Of a stretch of 64,000 nt of DNA, positions 26,593-38,990 are shown in pieces. Every line of letters begins with the position of its first letter. Positions within the stretch are counted from its first letter, which is position 1. Source of the DNA: Basidiobolus meristosporus CBS 931.73 (lineage: Eukaryota; Fungi; Basidiobolomycota); the NCBI GenBank assembly GCA_002104905.1, contig MCFE01000282.1:1-64000 (forward strand). Direction: 5' to 3'. The notes under the pieces were generated by a model, which had not been told where the DNA came from, did not search any database, and worked only from the letters and a program-made list of their open reading frames with translations. Made by a program: the position numbers and the translations under genes.

Positions 26593-29467
26593 CACTGGTG
26601 CAGGAATTAGATTGGCCCAGCTTATTACAAGAGTAATTAGAGAACCAAGCCATTCCCTATAAGGTGGATGAAGATATCAAGCATATTTCTTGGATAAAGC
26701 CAGCAAACTTGTAGTACAAGATGAAACACCCTGACAAATTGTTGATGGAAGCACTTTTGCCTATTCCCCCTTTGCTGCCTGCTTGCATTTAATACACAGG
26801 CTAAACAAGAAATATGAACATTGTAGTAAGTGAAATCATGCCCAAGTTGCCAAATTAACCAAGGTAAACCACAGAGTTGCTGAACTTCTTCCCTTGGAGC
26901 CTGAAAGAGCATTGAAAATGGGGAATTGACTTCACTGGAAGACCTGTTGTTGCACTTTACCAGTAGCAAGTGAACAAGAAGTTGAAAATTTCTTTTACCA
27001 TGAGATTCTGATGAAGTTTGAAGTCCCTGTGGAAATTTTGTATTCTAAAGGAGCATGTTTATGACAATAATATTGGAAGCCTACCGGGAAATGCAGCTAA
27101 TCAAACACTTGCCAACCTTGACATATCCCATAGAACTCATGTGGTGCTGAGCTGTTTAATAGATTATGTGGGGAAATGCTGACCTAGTTTCTAAATGGGG
27201 CTATAAATATGCAGGAGAAGTATATTGGCCAAGCACTATAAAACTGCAGTGTAAGGGCACACAACTTTACCCAACAATTGCCTTTTTACCAAGTTTATTG
27301 ATGTGTACCAAAAAATCCAGGACATTTCACACAACTAATATTCACTAACAGCTTGGTGTATAAATCAGTCAGCATAGAAGACACCAACAATTGAAACAAA
27401 AACATCAGGAATTACAGGCCAAAATCTCCAAAAGTACCAACTAGCTAAAGGAGAGATTTAATAAGACTATATAACCAGAGGCTTTGATGGTTGGGAACTT
27501 TGTAATACTAAGAAATAACACTATGAGAGAGTTTGAGCAACTATGGATTGGACCAATCACAATCTTTATACCGTATCCACTTGCCACATACAATTAGTAG
27601 ACAAAGAAGAAAATATCCAAGAGAATTTAGACAGATTCATGCTACCAAGACCTACTGACAATGCTGAAGCATTAAGATACTGGTATCAAAAGAAAAAGGG
27701 TTCTGGATAATCTAATCAGCTTTACTAGCAAAGAGGGCTATGATACTCTGCTTGAATGTCTAAGTTTGATTGGTTTTGAGTTAAATCATTTAGAACTGTG
27801 TATAGCCTCCCAATGCATCAGTTTTTTATATCAGATCAATAGCTTTAGTCACTAGATCAATTGGCAGATCCTTATTGGACAAAAATATATGTATCAGGTA
27901 AGATCTATTTGGGTCAAGATGATGCAAGTGAATGATTGATTAGCCTTAACATACATCAGGAAATATTACTATTCAGCCAGTGGTCTGCAAAATGCATATA
28001 TAAGCTGTTGGAACTTCCATAGAGATCAGATCAGGTCTTGGCAAGTACAATACCAGCTAAAGTTCCTATTCCCCTCTAACTCTATCATCAAGACCTGTAA
28101 CACCAGAATTGAGATATTTGCAGAAGAACTTTACAGTAAAAAAGCTGGTAGAGTTGCTAATGAAGTGATATTGTGTCCACTTTACAGCCTACAAGACAGA
28201 ACAGTGCCACTGATGTTCACTATGGTGTAGGAGAAGGCAATCCGACCTTAGACTATGTCAAATGAAGATATCTTCACTGAAAAGCTCCAACATGATAACA
28301 AAGCAGAGAAAACTAAAGATCAGGCTTTCTTTGGCACAGAAAGGCACACCAAAAAGAAGGGAAAGCAAAAGATTCAAAGAATACAAGGTTGCTGCAACTA
28401 CTTTACTAAGCCAGAGCACTGGGCTACAGAATGGAGAAGAAACAACCAGATAAAAGACAGAAACCAGAGTAGGTAAACCATATCATTACTGATCAAACAG
28501 TAACTTGTAACAGCACACAAGAGTGTTAATATTTGCTATAGCAAATGATAAACTGACTCTAGAGCATCACAGTATAATTTTAGTATCAAGGAGTGGTTTA
28601 GTAGCTATAGGATTATTCCTGTAACAAAGATTTCTCTGAGAGACAACATTGCTCTGGAAGCTACTGCATATGGGCCAACACACCAAAATGTGAGTAATTT
28701 TTCAGGGGCAAAGACAGCAAGAATAGCTAACGACCTACTATCAGTGATCAAAGCAACTATTCAGATACTGAAATAGGTTTTTACCTAGACAAGCTGCTCA
28801 ATGTTGAGTGAAAATGTACCAAATTTAGCTTTGTATTCAAAGATTGCCATATATATAAGTTGCAACCCAAGATCATTTTAATTGGGTATATTAAAACTGC
28901 AGAAGTTGTTGGAACTAACAGGGAGCATGATATCACAGGATAGGACATATATTGTTAATCACCATAATATTGACTATTGTGCACTTTGACATATGTGGGC
29001 CCAAGAGAAAATTGGTCTATGGAGCCAAGTGATGCTGTCAAATATATATTGATTACAAGACAACATATTTATGGTGTACTTTTTCAAGACATAGGATGAA
29101 GCTGTAGAGAAGTTCAAGCCCTCAAAGAACATGGAAGAAGCACACACTGAGCTGATATTGAAGGTATTTTAAAGCTATAATTGAAGAAAGTACAGCTATA
29201 AGGTGTTTGCAAAGTATTACTCAACTACTTTGTAATTTATGGACTTTAGGTCTTTGGGTAAATCTGCTTCTAGCACAGTATACACCAAGAATAGATGCCT
29301 AAAAGTAGCACTGCATAGCTCTATACTCTTGGATGCATATACAAGCAGAAAACCAGACCTCCAGCACTTCATGATTTTTAGTAGTTATGTAATGAGTCAC
29401 AACTCTGACAAAACACAATCAAAGTTGTAGCCAAAAATTGAAAAATGGATGTTTCTTGGCTATTTTG

Positions 29468-29802
29468 TGTTGTAAAAGTTTGTAATTCCACCTAAATATT
29501 CATCTAACTTGGTCACTTATATCATTACCTTCAAATTCTAGAGAATACTGACCATATTTACTTAAATATTTTCACCAAAATACCAGCCACCCTGAACATG
29601 AATACTCTCAAAGTTGTCCAAATAGCCCTGGACTTTGCACACATGTTCTTAGGACCTTCCTTAGCCTATTCTACATGTTTACTGTATCAAGACCATGTAA
29701 AAGTATAAATACTACTTTTACATTCAATAATGCATTCAGCAAACATCACATAATCTACTTGTCCTTCCAACCATTTCCAATATCTCCAAGACTCTTACAA
29801 CA
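29468..29802 (+). mobile_element. Solo LTR, Copia family A
   Basis: Reverse complement of the 56105-56452 LTR, TG...CA ends, flanks ttttg/tttag. Confidence 0.85.
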
Positions 29803-31125
29803 TTTAGAAGATACTAAAGGTTATAAAGGGTACAAACACAAAACTTAGAAGTTAATCAAGAGCATGGATGTTGTATTGGAGGTAAATTCAAATCAGAACA
29901 CATTGAGATCATTGGCCAGCTGCTTTATAACTCAATCACCACTAACAAGACAGAATGTATTTAATTCAGCTAGATAAAGAGGAGATTTTCACCAGTTCTG
30001 GATCAGGGCAGATTATCCTAGTTAGGAGATCTACAAGATTATGAAATGCTCCTGGATCTTTGTGGCAGGCATTAAATCAATATGAAGATGCTAATATTTT
30101 CTTATGTGCTAAACCTCAGAAACTGGAGCAGGTAATGAAAAGTCTAGATGCTGCAATGAGTGAACAAGCCATCCAGTAGGAGCACCAATTACTGATCAAG
30201 GCAAAAGTGTGGGAACAGGTAAATTTACCAAATTCAAGAAAGGCACTGGATTGCTGATGTGTATGCAAGATCAAGATATCCTGAAATGGTACTATTGATA
30301 TGTTCAATGCTAGATTAGTAGCTATAGGCTCTTCCATATTAAGAGATGAGACTCCAATGGAACATAGGTGCTAATAGCCAAATCTCACTCTGTCAGGATA
30401 GTTCGTGCCCTGTAAACCGTACAGAGTTTATATCTACACCAAATGCATGTCAAAATTGTGTATCTAAGTGAGGAGACCATATTTATGATATATTGCCAAT
30501 TTTTAATTCAGCAGGCCCCTGTAAGGTATGCAGACTCAACAAATTGCTTCATGGGCATAGGCAGTCACCTAGAGCATTATGAAACATTACTGACATATAT
30601 CTAGAGGAAATTAGGCTAATTTGTATTGCTGCATATTACCATATGTATGGGACACAGCTTAAATAGAAAATTAATCTCCTTGTACCTTGAGTGGACAACC
30701 AGATACTAGTTACAGGTTACCTGAAGGCACTTATTTTGACAAAATCTGACCTTTTCCATGAGGATGAGAATGAAGGCCTTGGAAATGAAGCTATTTTCTC
30801 TGGAGTGAAGTCATACTTAGACATATGTATACAAGCAATTGTACTGAGTTGACCTGAGTACATCAGAAGCATTCTAGATGCTTCAAGAAGGAACAATGCA
30901 GGACTGCAACAACCACCATGGAAAACAACCTAAAATCAAGTAAATCTTAGTCAATTTGGGTGAAAGCAGCTGAAATATGAACTAGAACTTTCCCTGTCAG
31001 TCAATGATTGATAACCTGAGGTCCTTGATAATATCTACTGGGTCAAAATAGCAGTAGGAATAATTAGCCAGTTCATGCAGAGTTATAGATCTGACCAAAT
31101 TGTAGCATACAAGCAAATCTTCAGA

Positions 31126-31474
31126 TGTTAACAGTCTTGATATAAGAGTTGCAGAGGTATAAGGAGTTTAGCTGAAAATGTATTCACTAAAACTTGAACT
31201 CTTCCTAATTGAGATTCCAGCAGCTCCTTGCATCCATTTTGCCATATCAATTGCTGCTTAATTGCATTTCCCTTTGCAGACTGTGGTTGATGACTCATTT
31301 GATTGTACCCTCATCACCCATTTAAATGCTTCTAAGTATGCCTATTTCTGTGTGGTAAGGATCTGCTGAATAATCCTAATGATTTAATAAATAACACTCA
31401 TATAGGCTAAAATAAATTAATTGATTTCACTATAGACTGATCTTACATTGATAATCTGCCAATGGAGCATAACA
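31126..31474 (-). mobile_element. Solo LTR, Gypsy family B
   Basis: Reverse complement of LTR B; flanks caga/caaa. Confidence 0.8.
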
Positions 31475-33209
31475 CAAATATTTGCAAGGTACCATAAAAT
31501 TGGTTCTGCAGTACCCTGGAGCAGTTCAAAGGCATCTATTTAATGGTTGAAATGATTCAGATTGTGTTTGGCATTGGATTGACAGATATATTGCCACTGG
31601 GTGTGTATCTCTTTATGCTGGTGCATCTATTAGTTGGAGTTGCAAGAGCAAACCAGCTGTGTCAGAACCAGGCATATATATTCACAACATCAGCTTGGGA
31701 GGGAAGCTGAAAAAAATAATTCAGTAGAGCTCATTACTACCAAACTTACAGAATGGTTGCAAATATACTGATAAAACCTTTAGCTAGGCCATGGTTTTAG
31801 AATCCCAGAGAGATAAAGCAAATAGTAAATTATTTAGGTGAGGGGGAGTGTTACAAAACTGGGCCATCTGGTATCATTTGGCATCATTTGGCAGCAGGAG
31901 ATTTGATGAGCAATGCTGGATTATTCTTAGTACTGTAGGACTCATTCACAACCTTGATCTTGCCACCTTCTTTCAGTTCTACGATCCTATGAGTATTCCT
32001 TAATAATCAAGAAGAAATATGTATTTTTACAAAATTTTATGTGTCAGCCCTGATGCTGTGGCAGAATGCTCCAGACTATTTAGAAACTCTCCTAACTTAG
32101 TTTTACAGTGGTTTTACCTCAACAAAAGTATCAATAATGAGCTTTTTCATGATTAAACAACAGTTTGACTATTATTACAACTTATTGATAAATTGCTGGT
32201 ACTCAAAACACCACTTAAAGTGCAACATGATTTACTCATTTTATATACATCTTACAAACATCAACATGATTGCTGTCACATCCGTCAGTAATATGCAATG
32301 AATATGTAGAAATACTCAGGAGTACTTGGCCTACATATTCCCATTCCTTGTTGGATTCTATTACTCTTACACATATGCTCTCCATGTGCACATCTGCCTA
32401 AGTATTTTCAAACACTTCCTGACTGTGCTTCATGGGCTAACTCATCACATTGCAGCAATTCAACTGTAGTAGTACCTGCAACTTGATTTGTGTTTCTTTC
32501 TGCCCATAAATTTGCTCTGTAGAAAACTCCCAAAAGATGAGCCAAGGTTCAATGGTCTCCACATGCCAAGAAAGATGAAGTGAAGAATAGATGGAGTAGT
32601 TGCAGAAATTTATGTGTTGAGCTTAATATATGGATTCAAGCTGCCCAATTTTTTTACAAACTCCTTGCATTAAAGCTGTTAGCATTTCAAGTTGGTATTG
32701 ATGATATTCTTGTGGATAAATATTCCTAAAATGTTAACTTGTAATCCTGATGCTACCAATGTACTTTAGGGAGAAATTGCTTCAGTAGACCATTTCAACA
32801 AATACACATCCAGCTCATCCATTCCTTGCATTTGTATCTTTGTATATGTGAAAGAATACTGACTGGAGACTGTGAGAAATACTAATGGTGGCAGATATTC
32901 TGTAATATCCTGCTGTTTCTTACAAATTTCTCCAGTATCCCATAGGGCTCATTGGGCTTGAAACTCACCAGGTGTAACTTGGTTATCCGTGTATAAAAGT
33001 TGTTGAAGTGCAGGTGCTTTGCTCCTAGATGAAAGCTTTTTCTCCAACAGATTAGCTCAATCTTAGTTTCTTCTGTGTTTGATTGATTCCACTTACTGGC
33101 CATGGGATAATAGCTTGCTAACTTTGCTACCAATACATGCTGTCTTCTGTGCATTCTTGCTGTGGAATGATGATGTTCTTAGTGCTTATGTTTGGATGGT
33201 AGTAATGTG

Positions 33210-33410
33210 CCTCTCTTGATGTATTAATCTATTTGGTATCTTTCAGCAGCTAAGCACTCACTTTACAGTTCTGGACTAGTCAAAGTCACTATGGGGCTAG
33301 TTTATAGCCCTAACTTTGCCACTCACTTTCACACCTATAATCCTATGATTATTTCTCTATAGTTAAGACCACATTAGCACCTTTGCCCCCACTATTGTAT
33401 GGTTCCCAAC
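33210..33410 (-). mobile_element. Fragment of a Copia C LTR
   Basis: ggactagtcaaagtcactatggggctagtttatagccctaactttgccac matches the C LTR core. Confidence 0.6.
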
Positions 33411-34040
33411 CAAACCTCACCTCTGACGGCAGCAGAAGAATGGTTAAGCAACAGCTTGCTTTACATTCAGTGCAACAAGCATGGCTACATCCAAAAAAGG
33501 ACATGTTAGCAGTGTACTCACTGAAGGTAATAATGCAGACTCCTCAGGCTTTAGTCAGGTAGGCAGTTGAGAACCTCTGCAGAGTCACAAGCTGACCATT
33601 ATGCTCAGGCAGATGAGATTGTAACAAATGCAGTACCCTCAGTTGAAAACCAGCAAGTAGCCACCATAAAATCACTACCACCCATAATAGCAGCTATGTT
33701 GTCAGCTCCTACCAAAGCATTAATAAAGCAATAAGGTGCAGTGGCTGATAGGATAGAAGCAATGGCCCAGAGAAGTCAGGAAATAGTCCAGAAACAGGAT
33801 GAGCAGATAATACATGTAGGGCAATCAATATCCCAGGTAGAGAAAGCAGTATGTTTGCTGCAAAGAAGGAACTCAAGTAGCTCAATGTTACAGGCAAAAC
33901 TGAGCCATTTCCAGTTGTAACAGCAGAGGAGCACCATACAGTCAAACAAGTTTTGGGCCAGCATTGGTATGCTAAGAAATTATCTTAAGAATAGCAGAAG
34001 CTATCAAAGGCAGAAGAACAAGGGTCTTATGGCTAAGAAC

Positions 34041-35233
34041 TGTTGTGTTGTATTATGATTAGTTTGGGGCTTGTTCTACAATGTAAAGGCTAACCAACAA
34101 TATACAACAACCTCCAGTATGCTAATTCTGAAATAGTTTATCAGGCGTTTGATATACCAATAGAAGATATAACTTTCACTAATATCCTCAATCTTAGGCT
34201 CAAAATATACTGTAGGCAGTGTTTATCACTTCTACAGCAGTGTTCTGACCTTCTGTCAACTAATGGGCTTATTCACTTTTATAGTAACTTTTCCTTGTTT
34301 GGAAGTCACTTTCCTCTCTGAGAGAATATTTCCTAATATGGAAATTCTGAACTCCCCTTTAACCTAAAGGGGTGTGTTGTAGAATTCTCCAAAGGGGTCA
34401 TTAGACCTAAAGGGGTGTCTAAAGGGGTGTCTTTAGAGTAAAGGTGCTTCTTGTAGTGGTCACTAATGTGGACTTTACACTAAAGGGGTGCCTCAAGAGG
34501 CTTCTTTAGAGTGAAGGGGTTTCTTAAAGTGGTCTCTAATGGGGCTTTTTAGAGGGGACTTTTCCAACAGAAAAGCGGTAGTTTCTTGTAGTACTTAGAT
34601 TGGATTCTTGTGAGCTTTGCAGTATCTTTACTGATGTAGTACCAATCAAAGTCAGAATACTCAACAGTGCAAGTAATGCAGGGGAAGTCATATAACCTTT
34701 AAACTTGTAATTGCAGTGTGGAGATTCTGGAAAGAGAGGCTCTCCTTTGTTTTTCAGCTGGGGAAGTGATATATATGAGTTTTTGAAGGATCAAAGTTTT
34801 TGGGCAATTGCGCAAGTTATACAAGTGATACAAATTTAAAATCCTGCAGTGGCACAGATTGGACATAGGCACAGCACCTGTAAGAGTTTCATGGGATTTG
34901 ATTGGCTGGTTCCAGAGTTACATGCAATCAAAGTCACCATAGTAATCCTAGCAATAGAGACCTAGCATATGTAATAATTGAATGCTTTTGGTCATAACTC
35001 CTTAAGTAGTGCTTCAAATGAGCTGTAATTTGAAACATGTGTTGGCTAGTGCTTGTTCTGAATGACATGATATTCTTGGGTGGATTGATTGTCACGGTCT
35101 AGAGTATTTGTCCTTCAGAGTTTTAAATTCTTGGTCTTTCACCTGTATGTTACCATAGCTAAAGCAAAATAAAGTAATGCACGCAATATTGGTTTTGAGA
35201 TGTTGTATTAATGGAATACCTTCCATTACCACA
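34041..35233 (-). mobile_element. Solo LTR family F (1,193 bp), 4-bp TSD GAAC
   Basis: TGT...ACA ends, GAAC at 34037-34040 and 35234-35237. The flanks rejoin into D ORF2 as seen near 6530. Strand is given relative to the 36450 copy. Confidence 0.85.
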
Positions 35234-36449
35234 GAACCAGCGGCTTCCTCCAGAGCCTGTTACAAGCAGGGTCAAAAGCACTAGACAAGCGTCACAGAGA
35301 TGTTAGGTAGCTGGAACAGTGCCAATTAGGGACAAGCAGGCAGTCATAGATGCTTCAGTACAACATGTATCAAGGAAAAAGCATAGTACCACTCAAGAAG
35401 CACGCATTCAAAGTAGCAGTGATGGACCTGCAGAGATAAAAGCCAGCAGCCTTTACAGGAGCCCATCATAACCACAGTTGAGAGCTCAGAGCAAGCAGAA
35501 AAGAAATGTTGGGTTGCCAGGAGAGTGCCAGCAAGGGACAAGCAGGCCGAAACAGATGCATCAGAGCAGAATTTATTAATGAGAAAAGATAGTTCATTAC
35601 AACCAGCACTCAGAGAAATTAGTAGTGAAAGACCTGGAGTGATGAAGGAAAAGGTAAAGGGAAGAATGTCTACCCAAGCCTGAGATAGGGAGGCATGAGA
35701 AAAAAGCTGCAGTTCTTGCCAATTAATGCTGTAAGCCTGGAACAAGCTGAATCCCATCATAGCCAAGATGATTACCCACAAGAAAACAGCTGTCTTCACT
35801 ATAGTTGGAAGTGCAGTCAGTTGAGCTACACTCCAGCATGGTAGATGAGTGTACAGAAACAGACAATGTGTCTACCACAGCCTCCACATCCTCCATTGTT
35901 TACAGAATAGAGATCCCACTGACAGACAAGGCTACAATGTCAAGGACTCAAAAGGCTATCACAATGCCTTCTGTGGAATTTTAGAACATTAGTAGGCACA
36001 CCAAGAGGTTGCAGTACTTCTTCAAGAGCAGTGCTCAAGAAAATGTACTTGAATATTGCAAGGATTTATTGGAAAGACTGGCAGATGAGGTGCTAGACCT
36101 TGCAGTGCTGGCTGAAGACCAGGATGTGTGGGAACCAGTGAATTAACAGTGGCACAAAGCCATTGGGTTCCCACCAAAGTTGTGGAACCAGAGTGTTACA
36201 GTAGAAATACTTATTGAGTGGTGAATTTCAGTAGAATTGCTTGTTGAGTGTGGGGTTGGGCTTAATGTTAGTGTAGGATATATGGACTTGTATAGGTCAA
36301 TACATTTGGTAACTGAGGTACAACAGAAGTTTCAACAGAAATAAATCAATTTGTATGCATGAAAGGTAAGAGATACAGTTGAATCAGGAAGTAAGGAGTG
36401 TGAAAAAGAGGCAATAGCCAATCAATGCACACAAGTGTAGGAGGTGATA

Positions 36450-37648
36450 TGTGGTAATGGAAAGTATTCCATTACTACAATATCTCTAAACCAATATTGC
36501 ACTCATTTCTTTATTTTGCTTTTTGCTATTGTAACACACAAGAGAAAGATCAAGAATTTCCAACTTTGAAGAGCAAATGCTCCAGACCCTGACAAGCAAT
36601 CCACCCAAGAATATTATGTCATACAAAACACGTAGTTGCCAACACATGTTTCAAATTACAGCTCATTTGAAGCAGTACTTAAGGAGTTATGACCAAAAGA
36701 GTCCAACTATTATATATACTATGCCTTATTGCTAGGATTACTATGGTGACTTTAATCGCGTGTAACTTTTTAACCAGCCAATCAAATCACGTGAAATTTT
36801 CACAGGTGCTGCGCCTATGTCCGATCTGCGCCACTGCAAAACTTTAGCTTTGTATCACGTGTATTGCTTGCGCAATCGCCCAAAAACTTTGATCCTTCAA
36901 AATTTTCATATATATGACTTCCCCAGCTGAAAAATAAAGAGAGAGCCTCTCTTTCCAGAATCTCCACACTACAATTACAAGTTTAAAGGTTATAAGACTT
37001 CCCCTGCATCACTTGCACTGTTGAGTATTCTGACTTTGATCAGTACTACATCAGTAAAGAGACTGCAAAGCTTACAAGAATCCAATCTAAGTTCTACAAG
37101 AAACTACCACTTTTCTGTCGGAAAAGTCCCCTCTAAGAAACCCCTTTACTCTAAAGACCCCTTTAGAGACCCCTTTAAGAAACCCCTTTACTCTGAAGAA
37201 GCCCCTTTAGGCACCCCTTTAGTGTAAAGTCCACTTTAGTGACCACTACAAGAAGCCCCTTTACTCTAAAGACACCCCTTTAGTCTAAAGACCCCTTTAG
37301 AGACTTCTACAACACACCCCTTTAGGTTAAAGGGGAGTTCAGAATTTCCATATTAGAAAATATTTTCTCAGAAAGGAAGGTGACTTCCAAATAAGGAAAA
37401 GTTACTATAAAAGTAAATAGGCCCATTAGTTGACAGAAGGTCAGAACACTGCTGTAGAAGTGATAAACACTGCCTACAGTATATTTTGAGCCCAAGATTG
37501 AGGAAATTAGTGAAAGTTATATCTTCTATCGGTATATCAAACTCCCAATAAACTATTTCAGTATTAGCATACTGGAAGTTGTTGTATATTGTTGATTAGC
37601 CTCTACATTGTAGAACAAGCCCCAAACTAATCATAATACAACACGACA
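36450..37648 (+). mobile_element. Solo LTR family F (1,199 bp), 4-bp TSD GATA; least decayed copy
   Basis: TGTGGTAATG...ACAACACGACA, GATA at 36446-36449 and 37649-37652. Empty-site paralog near 38720. True sense orientation unknown. Confidence 0.85.
37120..37340. repeat. Array of ~11 short CCCCT(TT)-core repeats within LTR F
   Basis: Units such as AAGACCCCTTT, GAAACCCCTTT and GCACCCCTTT spaced ~12-25 bp apart. Also present at 12.3, 34.36-34.56 and 44.88-45.0 kb. Confidence 0.85.
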
Positions 37649-38187
37649 GATAGAGTGTCTGGGATCAGAAAGTAAGCAAGTTGGCAGGGAACCAATCAAA
37701 AGCCACTTATATATTGTTGTGATGAAGAATTTTTACCAGGTTTTTTGTGAAATCTGGGGTGCAATTATTTTCAGTGGTCTCTGGACAGTGTCCTCATAGG
37801 ATCAGTACCTCTTAGTCACAGGACTTTAACTTTGTGATGGCCTTTTGATGGGATCATTACAGTAATTTCTCATAGAGTTTGGCAAGTAGGCAAGCTGGTC
37901 ATAATGCCCTGGCAGGTGGGAATGTAGTAAATACCGTACAACAAGTAGAAGACCACCAAACAGGTATCATGACATCACCACTACCAGTATGAGCAAGCAT
38001 ATTGTAAGCTAATACCAAAGCATTAATGAGGCAATTAGGTGAAATGGCTAAGTTAGTAGATGCAATAACCTAGAGAAATCAGGGAGTTTTCTAGGGCAGG
38101 ATGTGCAGATAATATATGTATAACAATCAATATTGCAGGTGGAGAACACAGTGCTTTGCTGCAAAGGAGTAACTCAAATAAGTCAAT

Positions 38188-38280
38188 AGACTTGTTTCAT
38201 TGGATAGTGCCACATAGTGCCAGCCTGATTATGGTGCCGGATCAATCTGGCACTCTACGGCACTATCTGGCACTGTAATT
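38188..38280. mobile_element. Isolated terminus of the AGACTTG MITE family
   Basis: aat|AGACTTGTTTCATTGGATAGTGCCAC followed by GTGCCA/TGGCAC motifs. No matching right end found. Another degenerate end lies at ~39186. Confidence 0.6.
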
Positions 38281-38479
38281 TCTACCATGATGCCAGTGGT
38301 ATGATACAGTTACTGGTAATTTTACTCAATCTTACTTATGTTGCTCAGAATAGTGCTTTCCTTGCTTTATTTACTCTTCATAATGCTCCAGACACATTTC
38401 TCTCAGTGGATGTCTTCTTGTATGAACATACTGTGCATTAATAAGTATCCCACCAATACCATGGAAAAAATGTGTTTTG

Positions 38480-38990
38480 GTAGAAATGCATATTGAATGG
38501 TGAATTTAAACTAAGTCATTTGTTGAGGGTAAGGTTGGGCTTAATGTTTGTGTTGCATATAGGGACTTGTATAGATCAGTACAACTGGCAACTGAGTTAC
38601 AACTGAATACTAAGTGGAAGCAAACCAATTGGTATTCCTGAAAAGTGAGACTATTTGTTTGGTTAGGTGGTAAGATTGCAAAAAAGTGGCTGTAATCAGC
38701 TAGGGTACAAAACTGTAGCAGGTGACTGTGTGTCTGGGATCAGAAATTGAGAAAACTGGCAGAAAACTAATCAATAGCCACTTTTATATTGTTGTTATAA
38801 AATATCTTGGCCAAGTTATTTTTGTAATATGGGGTGTAGTTTTTTTATAGTCCTTGGACAATGTCTGCATGGCATCAATAGCTGTTAGTAATGGGATTAG
38901 ATCTTGCAATGGTTTCTTGAATGAATCATCACAGTTATTTTGCATTGGGTCAATACTGCTAACATCTTCAGAAAAGCTCTGGGACCATAT
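38480..38990 (+). mobile_element. Family D fragment (ORF2 3' region)
   Basis: Homologous to 36.2-36.45 kb joined to 37.65-37.9 kb. Confidence 0.55.

Larger units (their letters stand above)
17715..28102 (+). mobile_element. Decayed full-length Ty3/Gypsy family B element with nested insertions
   Basis: 5' LTR 17715-17937 followed by PBS-like TTGGCAGCAG. gag-PR 17.95-18.73 kb. RT (MSFGLTNALAIF...YLED) 20.84-21.5 kb. RNase H split at 21778/26100 (...KIVYCLGKNNLVADALS). Integrase and GPY/F module 26.6-27.7 kb. 3' LTR ~27740-28102. Flanks caag/ccag. Confidence 0.75.
16946..32227 (+). mobile_element. Decayed full-length Copia family C element (LTRs ~16946-17298 and 31849-32227) hosting Gypsy B and solo LTRs
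   Basis: PBS GGTTATGAGCTCC at 17299. gag resumes at 28103 after the Gypsy insertion. Protease, integrase, RT and RNase H relics at 28.5-31.8 kb. PPT GAGGGGGAG before TG at 31849. Confidence 0.7.
16450..38180 (-). mobile_element. Family D copy 3, split by a 15.3-kb nested Copia/Gypsy stack and two F solo LTRs
   Basis: Sequence left of 16946 and right of 32227 joins to match the uninterrupted D sequence around 430-480. ORF2 relic on plus strand at 33.4-38.2 kb. Confidence 0.6.

Noticed and set aside
30380-30460. CpG-containing patch as a third foreign insert
   Set aside because: It translates as ordinary Copia RT sequence (SVRIVRAL...LYLHQM).
31860-31895. TGGCA repeats as another MITE remnant
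   Set aside because: They lie just inside the Copia C 3' LTR after the PPT and have no AGACTTG terminus.
37120-37340. CRISPR-like array
   Set aside because: Units are short and irregular with no constant repeat or unique spacers; the array is part of a multi-copy LTR in a eukaryotic context.
34041-37648. A single 3.6-kb foldback/TIR transposon with 1.2-kb arms
   Set aside because: Each arm has its own 4-bp TSD and the spacer is continuous family D sequence, so these are two independent insertions.
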